This document shows positions 19,491 through 31,090 of a DNA stretch of 64,000 bases, in pieces. The position numbers and the translations under genes are program-made. Under the pieces are notes generated by a model. That model did no database searches, was not told where the DNA came from, and saw nothing but the letters and a program-made list of their open reading frames with translations. Numbering within the stretch: the stretch's first letter is position 1; each line of letters opens with the position of its first letter. Source of the DNA: Nannocystales bacterium (lineage in GTDB: Bacteria > Myxococcota_A > Polyangia > Nannocystales > Nannocystaceae). The stretch is from assembly GCA_050633305.1 (NCBI GenBank), contig JBOEGF010000017.1, forward strand, positions 78,433-142,432. Direction: 5' to 3'.

Positions 19491-20208
19491 GCGCGTATCC
19501 TCCATCAATTGCCAAGATTGTGCCTGTGACGAATTCGGATCGTGCCAGAAACAGTGCGGCCTCCGAGGTCTCTTGAACTTCCCCGACCCGCCCCAACGGG
19601 TGCAGCCCAGCCAATGAGTCGGGATCGTCGATCAGTGGCGTTCGAATGATGCCCGGTGCGATCGCGTTGACCCGGACCCGACGCGACGCGAACTCCGCCG
19701 CGAGCGCCCGCGTCAGCGCGTGAACGCCTCCCTTGCTCGCCATGACCGCGGCGACCGGAAGCCCGGTCATCGGCTGTTCAACCAGCACCGTACCGACGTT
19801 GAGCACGCTGCCACCTCCCCGCTCGATGAGCGCGGGGATGACCGCTTGCGAGACGAGAAACGTCCCCTTGAGGTTGGTCCGCACGAACGCATCGAGTTGC
19901 TCCTCGGAGGCTTCGAGAAACGGTCCAGGGGCGTAGATCCCAGCGTTGTTCACCAGAACGTCGACGCCGCCGAACCGTCGGATCGCCGCCTCCCTCAGCG
20001 CCACTCCGGTGCTCGCCTCACCGACATCCCCAGCGACGACCTCGACGCGGTCTGGCGCGTCGAGGCTCCGGCCGGCCTCCTCGAGCTTGACCGGGTCCCG
20101 TGCGCACAGGACGACCGACGCGCCCTCGGCCAAGAAACGCCGCGCCAGATCGTAGCCGATGCCACTACTGGCTCCCGTGATGATGATGGTGTCGAGTCGT
20201 GCAGTCAT
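19480..20208 (-). CDS. Short-chain dehydrogenase/reductase
   Basis: TGASSGIG, LVNNAGI, VNAIAPG; catalytic YxxxK replaced by VMASK. Confidence 0.92.
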   Translation of the reverse strand: MTARLDTIIITGASSGIGYDLARRFLAEGASVVLCARDPVKLEEAGRSLDAPDRVEVVAGDVGEASTGVALREAAIRRFGGVDVLVNNAGIYAPGPFLEASEEQLDAFVRTNLKGTFLVSQAVIPALIERGGGSVLNVGTVLVEQPMTGLPVAAVMASKGGVHALTRALAAEFASRRVRVNAIAPGIIRTPLIDDPDSLAGLHPLGRVGEVQETSEAALFLARSEFVTGTILAIDGGYAHAR

Positions 20209-20270
20209 GTTGGTCTTGCGAGCAACCTAGCCCCCAGTGCGTCGGCCACCAGTGGCATCTCGCCACGGAC

Positions 20271-20291
20271 TCCATTACCGTTGGTTATGGA
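20271..20291. promoter_or_regulatory. Putative LysR-type operator (T-N11-A dyad)
   Basis: TCCATTACC-GTT-GGTTATGGA near-perfect inverted repeat; T20275-N11-A20287; between divergent SDR and LysR genes. Confidence 0.65.
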
Positions 20292-20297
20292 GTTCCC

Positions 20298-21182
20298 ATG
20301 ACGCTGGACCAGCTCTACGCCTTCGTTGCCGTGGTCCGCGAAGGCACGATCACCGCCGCCGCCGCCGCGCTGCACAAGTCGCAGCCTGCGGTGAGCAAAC
20401 TGGTCAGCAACCTCGAGGCCGACTTGGGCACCGCGCTGCTGGACCGCTCGGGCTACCGCCCGACCCTGACTGACGAGGGGCGGGTGTTCTTCGAGCGTGC
20501 CCAGAGCTTGACGCAGGATGCGGGCGCGCTGCTGCAACTCGGCGAAAACCTGAGTCGGAACCCGGAACGTCGTGTCCGTGTTGCGCTCGACGCCATCACG
20601 CCGCTGCCCCCGGTCCTCGATATTCTCGTCCGCGTCCGACGGCAGTTTCCCTCGGTGCGCATCGAGTTGGACGTGGGCCGATGGACAGGAGCATCCGCGG
20701 CGCTCGTCGACGGCAAGGCCGACCTCGCCGTCGCAGGCGGGTCGCTCCCGGACAGCCCGCGCGTGGTCGCGCGGCCGTTCCCTTCGGTAACGGTCGTCGC
20801 CGTCGCGCGAGCCGATCACCCCGTCGCGTTGGCGCCGTTGCCCGTCGCGGATGCCGTGCTGCGAGAACACCCGCAAGTTGTCCTCGCCGACCCGACCGGC
20901 GCGGGCTCATCCACTTCGCTCAACGTGCTGCGCGACGGACTGTCGTGGCGTGTCACCGACCTGTGGGCGAAGAAACAGATCATCGAAGCCGGCCTCGGAT
21001 GGGGCGGTCTTCCTGCGCACCTCGTCGCCGGCGAACTCGCGTCGGGCACGCTGAAGCAGCTCGACGTGCCTGCGTTCGAAGCCCACTCGATGACGCTGCA
21101 TGTTTTGCGCCGTCGAAGTCGGGCGAAACGCGTGGTCACGGGCATGCTGTGGGCAGACCTCTGCCGCCTCGCAACGCTCTAG
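20298..21182 (+). CDS. LysR family transcriptional regulator
   Basis: MTLDQLYAFVAVVREGTITAAAAALHKSQPAVSKLVSNLEADLG, LTDEG, AGLGWGGLP. Confidence 0.95.
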   Translation: MTLDQLYAFVAVVREGTITAAAAALHKSQPAVSKLVSNLEADLGTALLDRSGYRPTLTDEGRVFFERAQSLTQDAGALLQLGENLSRNPERRVRVALDAITPLPPVLDILVRVRRQFPSVRIELDVGRWTGASAALVDGKADLAVAGGSLPDSPRVVARPFPSVTVVAVARADHPVALAPLPVADAVLREHPQVVLADPTGAGSSTSLNVLRDGLSWRVTDLWAKKQIIEAGLGWGGLPAHLVAGELASGTLKQLDVPAFEAHSMTLHVLRRRSRAKRVVTGMLWADLCRLATL

Positions 21183-21571
21183 CGCTTCATCTCGCCGGCC
21201 ATCTTCGCCAGACGACGACGCAAGCTCTCGAGCGTTTCGTTGAGTTGGTCGAGGTGGTCGAGCACATCCATGTCCGAGGCCAACGCTTGGACGTCCCGGC
21301 GACACAGTCCCGGAGACTCGAGGGTGTCGAGGGTCCGTGTCAGATAACCCTCGATGCGGGTCATCGACAACGCCGTCTCGCGGAGATCGTCATCGAGGAA
21401 CAACATGAGGTTGCCGATGTTGCCGACCCCCTTCAGCGCCGCGTTCGGGGTGTAGGCCTGGGTCGCGCGGTCCATCAGACGGTCGCGCGGGCGGGCGCGC
21501 CGGCCGCTAGACCGCCGCTCACCCAGCTCAGGAGACGCAGCAGCAACAGCGGACGAGACGTGAGCGGACAT
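21179..21571 (-). CDS. Hypothetical small helical protein
   Basis: 130 aa from MSAHVSS; protein-like composition with heptad helices (LDHLDQLNETLESLRRRL). Confidence 0.65.
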   Translation of the reverse strand: MSAHVSSAVAAASPELGERRSSGRRARPRDRLMDRATQAYTPNAALKGVGNIGNLMLFLDDDLRETALSMTRIEGYLTRTLDTLESPGLCRRDVQALASDMDVLDHLDQLNETLESLRRRLAKMAGEMKR

Positions 21572-21772
21572 GAGATTGGCCTGACATGACCCACGCCAGT
21601 CCTCCAAGTTTTCCGCAACCATGGCCTTGCGCGCTTGGCTTATGTAGTCAACCTTACGTACTCGCCCCTCAATCAGTTGGGGGGTCCATCCGCGGCATGC
21701 CTGGGCAAGCATGGGCGCGGCTTTCGTTCATCGAACGACCCGACTGCCAAGAACAACTCCGGCGAGGCGAAC

Positions 21773-23791
21773 GTGGCGAACATTCCCGACGACAAGGTCC
21801 AAGAGGTCCGCGACAAGGTCGACATCATCGACCTCGTCGGTCGATACGTGGAGTTGCGGAAAGCTGGGCGAAACTTCAAAGGTCTGTGCCCGTTCCACCA
21901 GGAGAAGTCGCCGAGCTTCAACGTCAACCCGCAGCGCAAGGGCTACAAGTGCTTCGGCTGCGGCGCCGGGGGAGACGCCATCGGTTTCGTCATGGAGATC
22001 GAGGGCAAGAGCTTTCCCGAAGCCGTGAGAAAGCTGGCCGAGCAGTACGGCGTCCACCTCCCGGCCGACGCGATGAAGGGCGGCGGCGGCGGACCGAGCC
22101 GCCACGAGAAGGACGCGGCGTACGCCGTTGCGCGCGCGGCATGTGAGCTCTACGAGTCCATCCTCAAAGACTCCGAACACGGGAAGGCCGGCCGGGCCTA
22201 CCTTGAGGCGCGCGGGCTGACACGCGAACTCGCGGAGCGGTTCCGGCTGGGCTACGCACCCGCCCCCGCAGAGGCCGGCTGGGACACGCTTTGTCTCCAC
22301 ATCAAGCGTCTGGGGCTCTCCATGGACGCCGCGCAAACACTCGGGCTCGTCGGCAAGAGCGAGCGAACCGGGAACACCTACGACAAGTTCCGCGGCCGGC
22401 TGATGTTCCCCGTCATCCAGCCAGGCGGCGAGGTCATCGCATTCTCCGGTCGAATCGTCCCGCCCCACGACCAAGACGAACGCAGCGACAACCCGCCGCC
22501 CAAGTACGTCAACAGCTCGGAGTCCCTGCTCTTCACCAAGAGCAAGCACCTGTTCGCATTGGCCACCGCCCGCTCCGCCATCCGCGAAAAGAAGCGGGCC
22601 ATCTTGGTCGAGGGCAACGTCGACGTGGCGAAGCTGCATCAGTGGGGCCATGAAGAAGCAGTGGCGCCGTTGGGCACAGCCTTGACTCCTGAGCAGTCGC
22701 GTTTGCTCGCGAGATTCGCCGAGCAGGTCATCATGTGTTTCGATGGGGACAAGGCCGGAAAGAAAGCCGCGTGGACGGCCCTGCCTCAGCTCATCGATGC
22801 CGATCTCGACGTCCGCATGGTCCTGTTGCCCGAGGGCGAGGATCCCGACAGCATCGGCGAGGAACGGTTCGGTGCCCTGCTGCGCGGATCTCGTCCCGCG
22901 CTGGAGGAGATGATGCTCCGCGTTGCCGCCAAGGCCGGGGACGCGGCACACGCGCGAGGCAAGGCGCTCGACAAAATGTTGCCGCTCATCGCGCGGGTTA
23001 AAAGCGACAGCGCGCGGGAACTCTTCGCCTATCGCGCCGCTGAGCTGTTCAAGATGCCGGTCGACCGGATCGAAAGTTCGCTCGGCGACCTCCGAAGGAG
23101 CGGGAATCGCCCGCAAAGCGCGCAAGAAAACTCTCGTCAGAAAGACTCGACTTCAGAGGCACATGTGCCACTATCCGCGGCCGTGCGCTCCCTCCCGCCG
23201 CTGCCAGCGGGCCAGTCGAGGCTGGCCATGCTGTTGGTTGACGTGCCCCATTTGGCCACCGTCGCCGAGCGTGCGGGCGCGCTGGGGTGCATCACGGACG
23301 GACGTCTCGAACCCGTTGTTCAAGCCGTCATCGAAGGCGCCAAGCAAGGTCGCGACCCCAGTCTCGAAGACCTGCTCACCGCGGTCGATCCGAGCGCGCA
23401 TCGGCAGCTCTACGACACCGTCTTCTCGGGTGAGTATAGAGGATTGGCGGACCAAGGTGCCGACCCGCAGGCAGTCCTTGGATCACTCGTTCGCGCGTGT
23501 CGAGCCGACGAGGCCGACGCGCGCATCAGCGAGATCAAAACCCAGGTCAGCGAGGCCCTTCGACAGGGCTTTCCCGAGACCGCTCGCGACCTGTCCCGCG
23601 AGCTGAGCGAGCAAATCCGTCGACGCGAGAAACTCCTGCTCGCGACCGGTCCCCTCGCCCCGGAGGCCCCCCAAACCTCCACCGTCCCCTCCGCCGCCCC
23701 CTCCCCCGAATCCGCGTCAGGCCCCGACGCTCCTACTCCTGTCGATCGCCCTCTCGACGGAAACCCAGCGCCGGATTCGTTGCCCAACTAA
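21773..23791 (+). CDS. dnaG: DNA primase
   Basis: CHC2 zinc finger CPFHQEKSPSF...CFGC, FRGRLMFP, KYVNS, TOPRIM VEGNVDV and FDGDKAG; GTG start; upstream of rpoD. Confidence 0.97.
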   Translation: MANIPDDKVQEVRDKVDIIDLVGRYVELRKAGRNFKGLCPFHQEKSPSFNVNPQRKGYKCFGCGAGGDAIGFVMEIEGKSFPEAVRKLAEQYGVHLPADAMKGGGGGPSRHEKDAAYAVARAACELYESILKDSEHGKAGRAYLEARGLTRELAERFRLGYAPAPAEAGWDTLCLHIKRLGLSMDAAQTLGLVGKSERTGNTYDKFRGRLMFPVIQPGGEVIAFSGRIVPPHDQDERSDNPPPKYVNSSESLLFTKSKHLFALATARSAIREKKRAILVEGNVDVAKLHQWGHEEAVAPLGTALTPEQSRLLARFAEQVIMCFDGDKAGKKAAWTALPQLIDADLDVRMVLLPEGEDPDSIGEERFGALLRGSRPALEEMMLRVAAKAGDAAHARGKALDKMLPLIARVKSDSARELFAYRAAELFKMPVDRIESSLGDLRRSGNRPQSAQENSRQKDSTSEAHVPLSAAVRSLPPLPAGQSRLAMLLVDVPHLATVAERAGALGCITDGRLEPVVQAVIEGAKQGRDPSLEDLLTAVDPSAHRQLYDTVFSGEYRGLADQGADPQAVLGSLVRACRADEADARISEIKTQVSEALRQGFPETARDLSRELSEQIRRREKLLLATGPLAPEAPQTSTVPSAAPSPESASGPDAPTPVDRPLDGNPAPDSLPN

Positions 23792-23851
23792 CCCGTCCGC
23801 TTAAGACCCGCCCCCTCTTAAGACCCATCTATTGAAGGTTCGAAGGTAGCC

Positions 23852-25672
<1,821 letters not shown>

Positions 25673-25711
25673 GCAACACCGGGGGCTCCCCCAGGGCCCG
25701 TCTCGTGTTGC
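25673..25711 (+). terminator. Possible hairpin after rpoD
   Basis: GCAACAC...GTGTTGC closing an imperfect GC-rich stem; no U-tract. Confidence 0.3.
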
Positions 25712-25812
25712 AGAGCCACAGCGCGACCCGAGGTCGCGCGAGCGCTTCTGAGCGTATTCAGCAGAGCTGTGTCCGCCTGGCCTCGTCGTGCCCGTCCGGG
25801 TAGATTGAACCC

Positions 25813-26643
25813 ATGGTTTGGGGACGGTGTTGGAGCCACGTCGCGCTGACGCTTGCGCTCACGGGGTGCAGTACGTTTGCGGAAGCGGAATCGGCCGGAG
25901 GAGGCGAGGACGGAGAGTCCTCGGGGTCCACAGGCAGCACAACCTCGACCCCCAGCCTGTCGACATCAGGAGGAACTGACAGCGCGAGTGGTGGGCCCGG
26001 GACCACGCCTGTCACATCCAACTCCGACACCTCCGGCACCGGCCCGACCGACGCTTCGAATACGGACCCAACACCTTCCGACACCGGCTCCGATCCTGAC
26101 ACCGACCCAGACACGGCATCTTCGGGCACCGGGCCGTCGACGAGCGGTGACGAGACCGGAATGGTTGAGACGGGCGTCGTTGAGACCACAGGCCCCGCGG
26201 TCTGCAACGAGGCCGACATCGAACCGAACGGAAACCCGGTAGACGGCGAGTCCCAGGACCTACCCGACCAGTTCTGTGGCAGCGCTGCCTCGGTTGTATC
26301 GGGCACGCTTCTGGACGACGAGGACCTCGACGCCTTCGTGTACTTCGGGGAGTGGGACTGCGGCAGTACAAACAACCCGAATCACCGGGTCGAGGTCGAC
26401 GGCCCCGTGACCGCGTGCGTCTTCCCGCTGTGCCCTTTGGGGAACCCCACGGATACGATTTGCCTGTCCGGGACGGCGGCGACGGTCAACGGTGTGGCCG
26501 GTTGCTGTTCCGATGACGTCGCGGTCGCTGACGTGAACTGCCAAAACACCCCCGACGAGTCCTCGCTCGGATTCCTCCTCGTCGAGTCCGCCGACGCCGC
26601 CTGCACCGACTACACGCTGACGTACGCCTTTGACGACGCCTAG
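25813..26643 (+). CDS. Hypothetical lipoprotein (Ser/Thr-rich linker, Cys-rich acidic C-terminal domain)
   Basis: Lipobox LALTGC; long S/T/G/D linker; EPNG...DEDLDAFVY; many Cys. Confidence 0.75.
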   Translation: MVWGRCWSHVALTLALTGCSTFAEAESAGGGEDGESSGSTGSTTSTPSLSTSGGTDSASGGPGTTPVTSNSDTSGTGPTDASNTDPTPSDTGSDPDTDPDTASSGTGPSTSGDETGMVETGVVETTGPAVCNEADIEPNGNPVDGESQDLPDQFCGSAASVVSGTLLDDEDLDAFVYFGEWDCGSTNNPNHRVEVDGPVTACVFPLCPLGNPTDTICLSGTAATVNGVAGCCSDDVAVADVNCQNTPDESSLGFLLVESADAACTDYTLTYAFDDA

Positions 26644-26670
26644 GCAGCCCCAGGGAAAACGGGAAACGGC

Positions 26671-27972
26671 CTAACCGCCTGCAGCTGCGTGAGCCTCGAC
26701 CGCAGACCAGACTCGCAGGACGTTGCCCGATGCGATCTTTTCGAGGTCCTCCTCGGACACGCCCCGGCGCAGCAACTCTGCGAAGAGGTTGGGATAGTCG
26801 GCCACGCTTCGCAGGCCCTTGGGCAGCGAGTCTCCGACCCCGTCGAAGTCGCTGCCCAGACCCACGTGCTCCACACCGACCAGCTCGATCACGTGCATGA
26901 CGTGGTCCGCGACCTTCGCGACGGTGGCCCGCGGTGACTGGTGATCGATGTCGTAGGCTCCCGCAGCCTCCTTTCCCTCCTTCGACTCCGGATCGAGGTG
27001 CTCTTCCTCGAGATACGCCTTCAGCTCGGCATCGTGCTTCTTCCGCCCAGCCCGAACGCCACCATCGAGGAAATCAGAACCGAAGTTGATCTGAATGACC
27101 CCGCCCGCCTTCGCGAGCGCACGGATCATGTCATCCGACATGTTGCGGTCGAAGCCCGGCGTGAAGTGCCGACAGGAGCTGTGCGATGCGATGACGGGGA
27201 CCTTGGACAGCTCGATGACCTGCCAGAACGCGTCATCAGAGATGTGCGAGACATCGACCATCACGCCGACGCGGTTCATCTCTGCGACCACCGACTTCCC
27301 GAACCGCGACAACCCCTTGTGGGTGTGACGCTTGTCGTAGGACGAGTCGCTGATGTGGTTGTCTTTGCTGTGGGCGAGCGTGATGTAGCGAATGCCTCGC
27401 TTGTGAAAGCGGGCCACATTCTCCAGCTTGCCCATCAGGGGCGCACCGTTCTCCATGCCCATCGGTAAAGAGACTTTGCCGGCCGCGAAATTGTCCCGCA
27501 CGCTCTGCACCGTGGGTGCCAGCCCGAAGTCGTTGGGGTGGGCAGTCACGATGCCCTCGACCATGGAGATCAGACCCTCGGCGACCTCATCCGCGCCCTT
27601 CATTTCGAAGTCTGGCGAGACGTAGATCGACATGAACGGCGCGTCCAAGCCGCCCGCGCGTGCCCTGGGCAAGTCGAAGTCCCCCGACTCCGTTGCGGCC
27701 CCGACGTCCTCGCCGAGCACGCCGTCCTTCGAGGATTTCTCGAGGCGCCACGGGACGTCGATATGCCCGTCGAGGATGATGAACTTCTTCGCCAGAACCA
27801 CCGCCCGCTCTTCGACGGACATCTCGGGCTCCGCTGCCGCGTTGGGGGCCGGCTTCGCGGTCGGCTCCGTGGCGACCTCCGCCGCGGCGGGCGCAGGCGC
27901 CGGTGTGCTCGACCCCGAGTCGCAGGACGCCACCAGTCCCAAACACACCAGCAAGCCCAACTGCGCACGCAT
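26671..27972 (-). CDS. Membrane (renal-type, M19) dipeptidase lipoprotein
   Basis: DGHID, GMENG, YITLAHS, VDVSH, ASHSS, HVGLGSDFDG, IASGNVLRV; lipobox LVASC. Confidence 0.95.
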   Translation of the reverse strand: MRAQLGLLVCLGLVASCDSGSSTPAPAPAAAEVATEPTAKPAPNAAAEPEMSVEERAVVLAKKFIILDGHIDVPWRLEKSSKDGVLGEDVGAATESGDFDLPRARAGGLDAPFMSIYVSPDFEMKGADEVAEGLISMVEGIVTAHPNDFGLAPTVQSVRDNFAAGKVSLPMGMENGAPLMGKLENVARFHKRGIRYITLAHSKDNHISDSSYDKRHTHKGLSRFGKSVVAEMNRVGVMVDVSHISDDAFWQVIELSKVPVIASHSSCRHFTPGFDRNMSDDMIRALAKAGGVIQINFGSDFLDGGVRAGRKKHDAELKAYLEEEHLDPESKEGKEAAGAYDIDHQSPRATVAKVADHVMHVIELVGVEHVGLGSDFDGVGDSLPKGLRSVADYPNLFAELLRRGVSEEDLEKIASGNVLRVWSAVEAHAAAGG

Positions 27973-28019
27973 GCGATGCGTGTACCAGCCCTGGCCGGTC
28001 GGCGTCGAGGGCCGGGTGG

Positions 28020-29558
28020 TCAGCTGCTGAGCGAGAAGAAGTCTTTGATCCGGTGCAGCAGCTCATTGCGCGACGCCGTCGAGGCCTGCGACACCCGAGG
28101 CGCGCTCTGCTTCGACGACGCGCTGTCGAGCTGCTCCCTGCGGGACACGAGGACGTCGCTGATCTGCTCGGCCAGCTCGGGAGAGCCATCCAGAACCCGG
28201 GCGAACGGCGTCTTGGAGACCACCAAAACCAGGGTCTCGGTCAGGGTCCGAATGGTCGCCATGCGAGGCTGTCCGGTCATCAACGACATCTCGCCGAAAA
28301 ACGCGCCCTTTCCAAGGCGGGCGACCTCGACCGAGTGCCCGTCCGTCTCGAGGAGCACCTCGACCTCTCCGCGCTGCACGATGAACAGCTCGTCGCCTTC
28401 GTCGCCCTGCTGCAGGATGGTTTCCCCGGGCGCATACGGGCGCTCCCGGCAGCTCGCGACCAGCTCATCGACCTGCTCGTCGGAGAGGTCCCGAAGGAAG
28501 TCGACGTTGCGAAGAGCAGCTCGACGCCGCGCCATCGCTTCACTGCGGGCCGCGCTGCGGTACGACTCGTCATCTTGGTGGAGCTCCAAATCGGCAACCG
28601 GCACCGCCATCTGGATATTGGCACGGCGCAGCGAGTACCAGATCCGGTCTCGAGCCAAGCTGTCGGTCACCTCGCGACGCTCGAAGTCGTCGGTGTGAAA
28701 ACGGACCCAGTACCGGACGCCGCGCTCGACGAAGTCGGAGGTGACCACCGAGGGGGCCGGACGGCGGAGCACACCTGGGGTGTGCTGAAGACCCTCGAGG
28801 ATGACGTCCTGGACCCGGTGCGGCGGCTCCGAGAAGGGAACGACGACAAACAAGCTGCGCCGACTCATCTTGGTCGGCTTGGTGAAGTTGCGAATCGGGG
28901 CTCGGGCCAGCGGCCCGTTGGGGATCACAATCTCCACGTCGTCGAGGGTGAGCACCTTGGTCGCGCGCCAGTTGATCTCGATAACCTTGCCGATGTCGTT
29001 CTCGTCCGAGTCGTACTGGATCCAGTCCCCAACCTCGAACGGGTTCTGCGCCTGAATGGACAGGCCCGCGAACAAGTTGCCCAACGTGTCTTGGAGCGAC
29101 AGACCGATGACGGCCGTCAACAGCGCCGAGGTGGTGAGCAGCGCATCGAGCTGAGCACCCGCGGAGCGCAGGGTGAGGAGAACCGCGGCCGAGTAGACCA
29201 ACCCCTCGCAGATGTCGCGGAAGATCTTGGGGATCGGGCGCGCGAGCCGGCGGGTCAGGATGTTGTCCACGACGAGCAAGAAGCCCGTCCGTGCGCCCGC
29301 CAGCAGCAGGAACAACACGGCCAGAGTCTTGAGCACCGAGGCCGTGGTCGATGCGGGGTCGACGATGGCGCCCATCACCACCAAGGCGAGGTGCACCACC
29401 AGCGCACCGGTCGGGGTGCGCAGCTTGTCTCGGTCTCCCCGCAGCAGCGTGAACCGCAGCGCGAGGATCAGCAGCCCCACGGTCAACACGCCCAACCCCG
29501 AGAAGGAGAAGGCGCTCCCGTCGGCGAGCGCGGAGGCTAGGCGGCTGAACCAGGACAT
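28020..29558 (-). CDS. MscS family mechanosensitive channel with C-terminal cyclic-nucleotide-binding domain
   Basis: IGLSLQDTLGNLFAG, PFEVGDWI, EINWRAT, IPN; CNBD QGDEGDELFIVQRGEV, FFGEMSL, PRMATI. Confidence 0.92.
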   Translation of the reverse strand: MSWFSRLASALADGSAFSFSGLGVLTVGLLILALRFTLLRGDRDKLRTPTGALVVHLALVVMGAIVDPASTTASVLKTLAVLFLLLAGARTGFLLVVDNILTRRLARPIPKIFRDICEGLVYSAAVLLTLRSAGAQLDALLTTSALLTAVIGLSLQDTLGNLFAGLSIQAQNPFEVGDWIQYDSDENDIGKVIEINWRATKVLTLDDVEIVIPNGPLARAPIRNFTKPTKMSRRSLFVVVPFSEPPHRVQDVILEGLQHTPGVLRRPAPSVVTSDFVERGVRYWVRFHTDDFERREVTDSLARDRIWYSLRRANIQMAVPVADLELHQDDESYRSAARSEAMARRRAALRNVDFLRDLSDEQVDELVASCRERPYAPGETILQQGDEGDELFIVQRGEVEVLLETDGHSVEVARLGKGAFFGEMSLMTGQPRMATIRTLTETLVLVVSKTPFARVLDGSPELAEQISDVLVSRREQLDSASSKQSAPRVSQASTASRNELLHRIKDFFSLSS

Positions 29559-29576
29559 GGGGGACTCGAAGAGAGA

Positions 29577-29945
29577 TTAGAACGGCTTGTAGACCGCGAG
29601 CCAAGCTCCGATGCCACCGATCACGGGCAGCACCAGATACCAGGCCGTGCCCATCGGACGCTTGAGCAAGGCCGCCGCGCCGCCGAGCAGGAGCCACACC
29701 GCGAGCTTGCCGAAGATCCACTTCGGCCAACCGCTCTGCATCATGCCCAGCTTGGCCATCAGGCCGAAACCCGCCACGAAGATCACGAGCAGCGCGACGC
29801 CGTGCAGGATGATCAACGGCTTGCGCGCTGCCTTCAGCTCCGCATCGGTGCCACCGCGCAGCGTGACCATGGCCAGGCCACCCATCGCGGTGAACAGCAC
29901 GAGGATCGCCAGAAGGTGGAGGACTTTGTAGAACTCGTAGGGCAT
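29577..29945 (-). CDS. Small 4-TM membrane protein (SirB2/DUF2269-like)
   Basis: YKVLHL, HGVALL, WIFGKL, ends YKPF; four hydrophobic segments. Confidence 0.7.
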   Translation of the reverse strand: MPYEFYKVLHLLAILVLFTAMGGLAMVTLRGGTDAELKAARKPLIILHGVALLVIFVAGFGLMAKLGMMQSGWPKWIFGKLAVWLLLGGAAALLKRPMGTAWYLVLPVIGGIGAWLAVYKPF

Positions 29946-29959
29946 GGCGGGTCGGCGGA

Positions 29960-30463
29960 CTATCGCGCGCCACCGTAGCGCGCGCCAAGCATCTCGCACA
30001 GATCGGTGAGCGCGACCTCATCCACGTCCGCAAAGGCAGCCCGATGGTCTGAATCCACGTCGAGGACCGCGAACGTCTCGCCGCTGGCGCCAATCACGGG
30101 CACCACGATCTCCGAGCGTGTCGAGCTCGAGCAGGCGATGTGGCCGTCAAAGGCCTCCACATCGGCGACCCGCTGGACCGTCCGGGTCCGCGCGGCAGCC
30201 CCACAGACCCCTCGTCCAAATGGGATTCGCAGGCAACCGTGACCGCCTTGGTAGGGGCCCACCGCGAGAAGCGCGGGCGCGACGGTCCGATAGAACCCGG
30301 TCCAGTGGAAATAGTCGAACGCGTGGTGCAGCTCGCATGCCACGGTCGCCATGGCGCTGACCCAGTCGTCCTCGTCGGCCAGGAGACTGTCCATCACCGC
30401 TCGGAGCTCCGCGTACCGGGTCGTGCGTTCCGCCGCAGGTGCGTTCAGCGGGAGCGGTTCCAT
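29960..30463 (-). CDS. msrC: GAF-domain free methionine-R-sulfoxide reductase
   Basis: WTGFY, GPYQGGHGCLRIPFGRGVCG, HIACSSSTRSEIVVP, VLDVDS. Confidence 0.85.
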   Translation of the reverse strand: MEPLPLNAPAAERTTRYAELRAVMDSLLADEDDWVSAMATVACELHHAFDYFHWTGFYRTVAPALLAVGPYQGGHGCLRIPFGRGVCGAAARTRTVQRVADVEAFDGHIACSSSTRSEIVVPVIGASGETFAVLDVDSDHRAAFADVDEVALTDLCEMLGARYGGAR

Positions 30464-30487
30464 CGGCGCAGGATACTGCGGAAGCGG

Positions 30488-30925
30488 CTAGCGGGGGGAA
30501 GTGACCGCGGGACTGCGTACCCACGCCTCGGCATCCCGCTCTTCCAAGAACGCCATGATCTGGATTCGGCCGGTCCACGACATGGAGATGCCGTTCCACG
30601 CGCGCGTTGCACGGTCCATGGAGCGCTTTCGACTCGCGTCGTCCTCCTGAATGAGCGCGACCCGAGCGAGTGCCGGGTTTGTGCCCAACCACGACCACAT
30701 CATCGCCCGGACCCAAGGCGGTGGAGCCTCGGTCTGCCGGTTGTCGAAGACGACCGCCGACACCCCCGAGGCTGACATCGCACACTCGATCTCCGCCTGC
30801 ATGGTCCGGACCTTCGCTTCGGAGGCCGGATACCCCGACTGCGACACGAAGATGTACCCGTGACGGGATTCGACCGTAAACGCGAACGTACAGGCCCGCC
30901 CCTTGCTCTGCGCTGGAGTTCCCAC
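30488..30925 (-). CDS. Hypothetical STAS/SpoIIAA-like protein
   Basis: AVVFDNR, RVALI, C-terminal FLEERDAEAWV typical of STAS/SEC14-like small proteins. Confidence 0.55.
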   Translation of the reverse strand: MGTPAQSKGRACTFAFTVESRHGYIFVSQSGYPASEAKVRTMQAEIECAMSASGVSAVVFDNRQTEAPPPWVRAMMWSWLGTNPALARVALIQEDDASRKRSMDRATRAWNGISMSWTGRIQIMAFLEERDAEAWVRSPAVTSPR

Positions 30926-31090
30926 CCTCGTGTGAACCCTATAGCGAGCGAGGGAGCCTCGCGCCTCCCCTTGCGCAGGACCACTGTGGGCCCGTCCACC
31001 TCAGCTTCTTCCGGCCGACCATAGATTCCCCGCCTGCGGGATCGTATCGTCCCGGGCTCGCCCACCTCGTGCGGCGCAGGAGATCCCCAA

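Noticed and set aside
25673..25812. tRNA after rpoD
   Set aside because: No cloverleaf or T-loop (GTTCRA) visible; only GC hairpins
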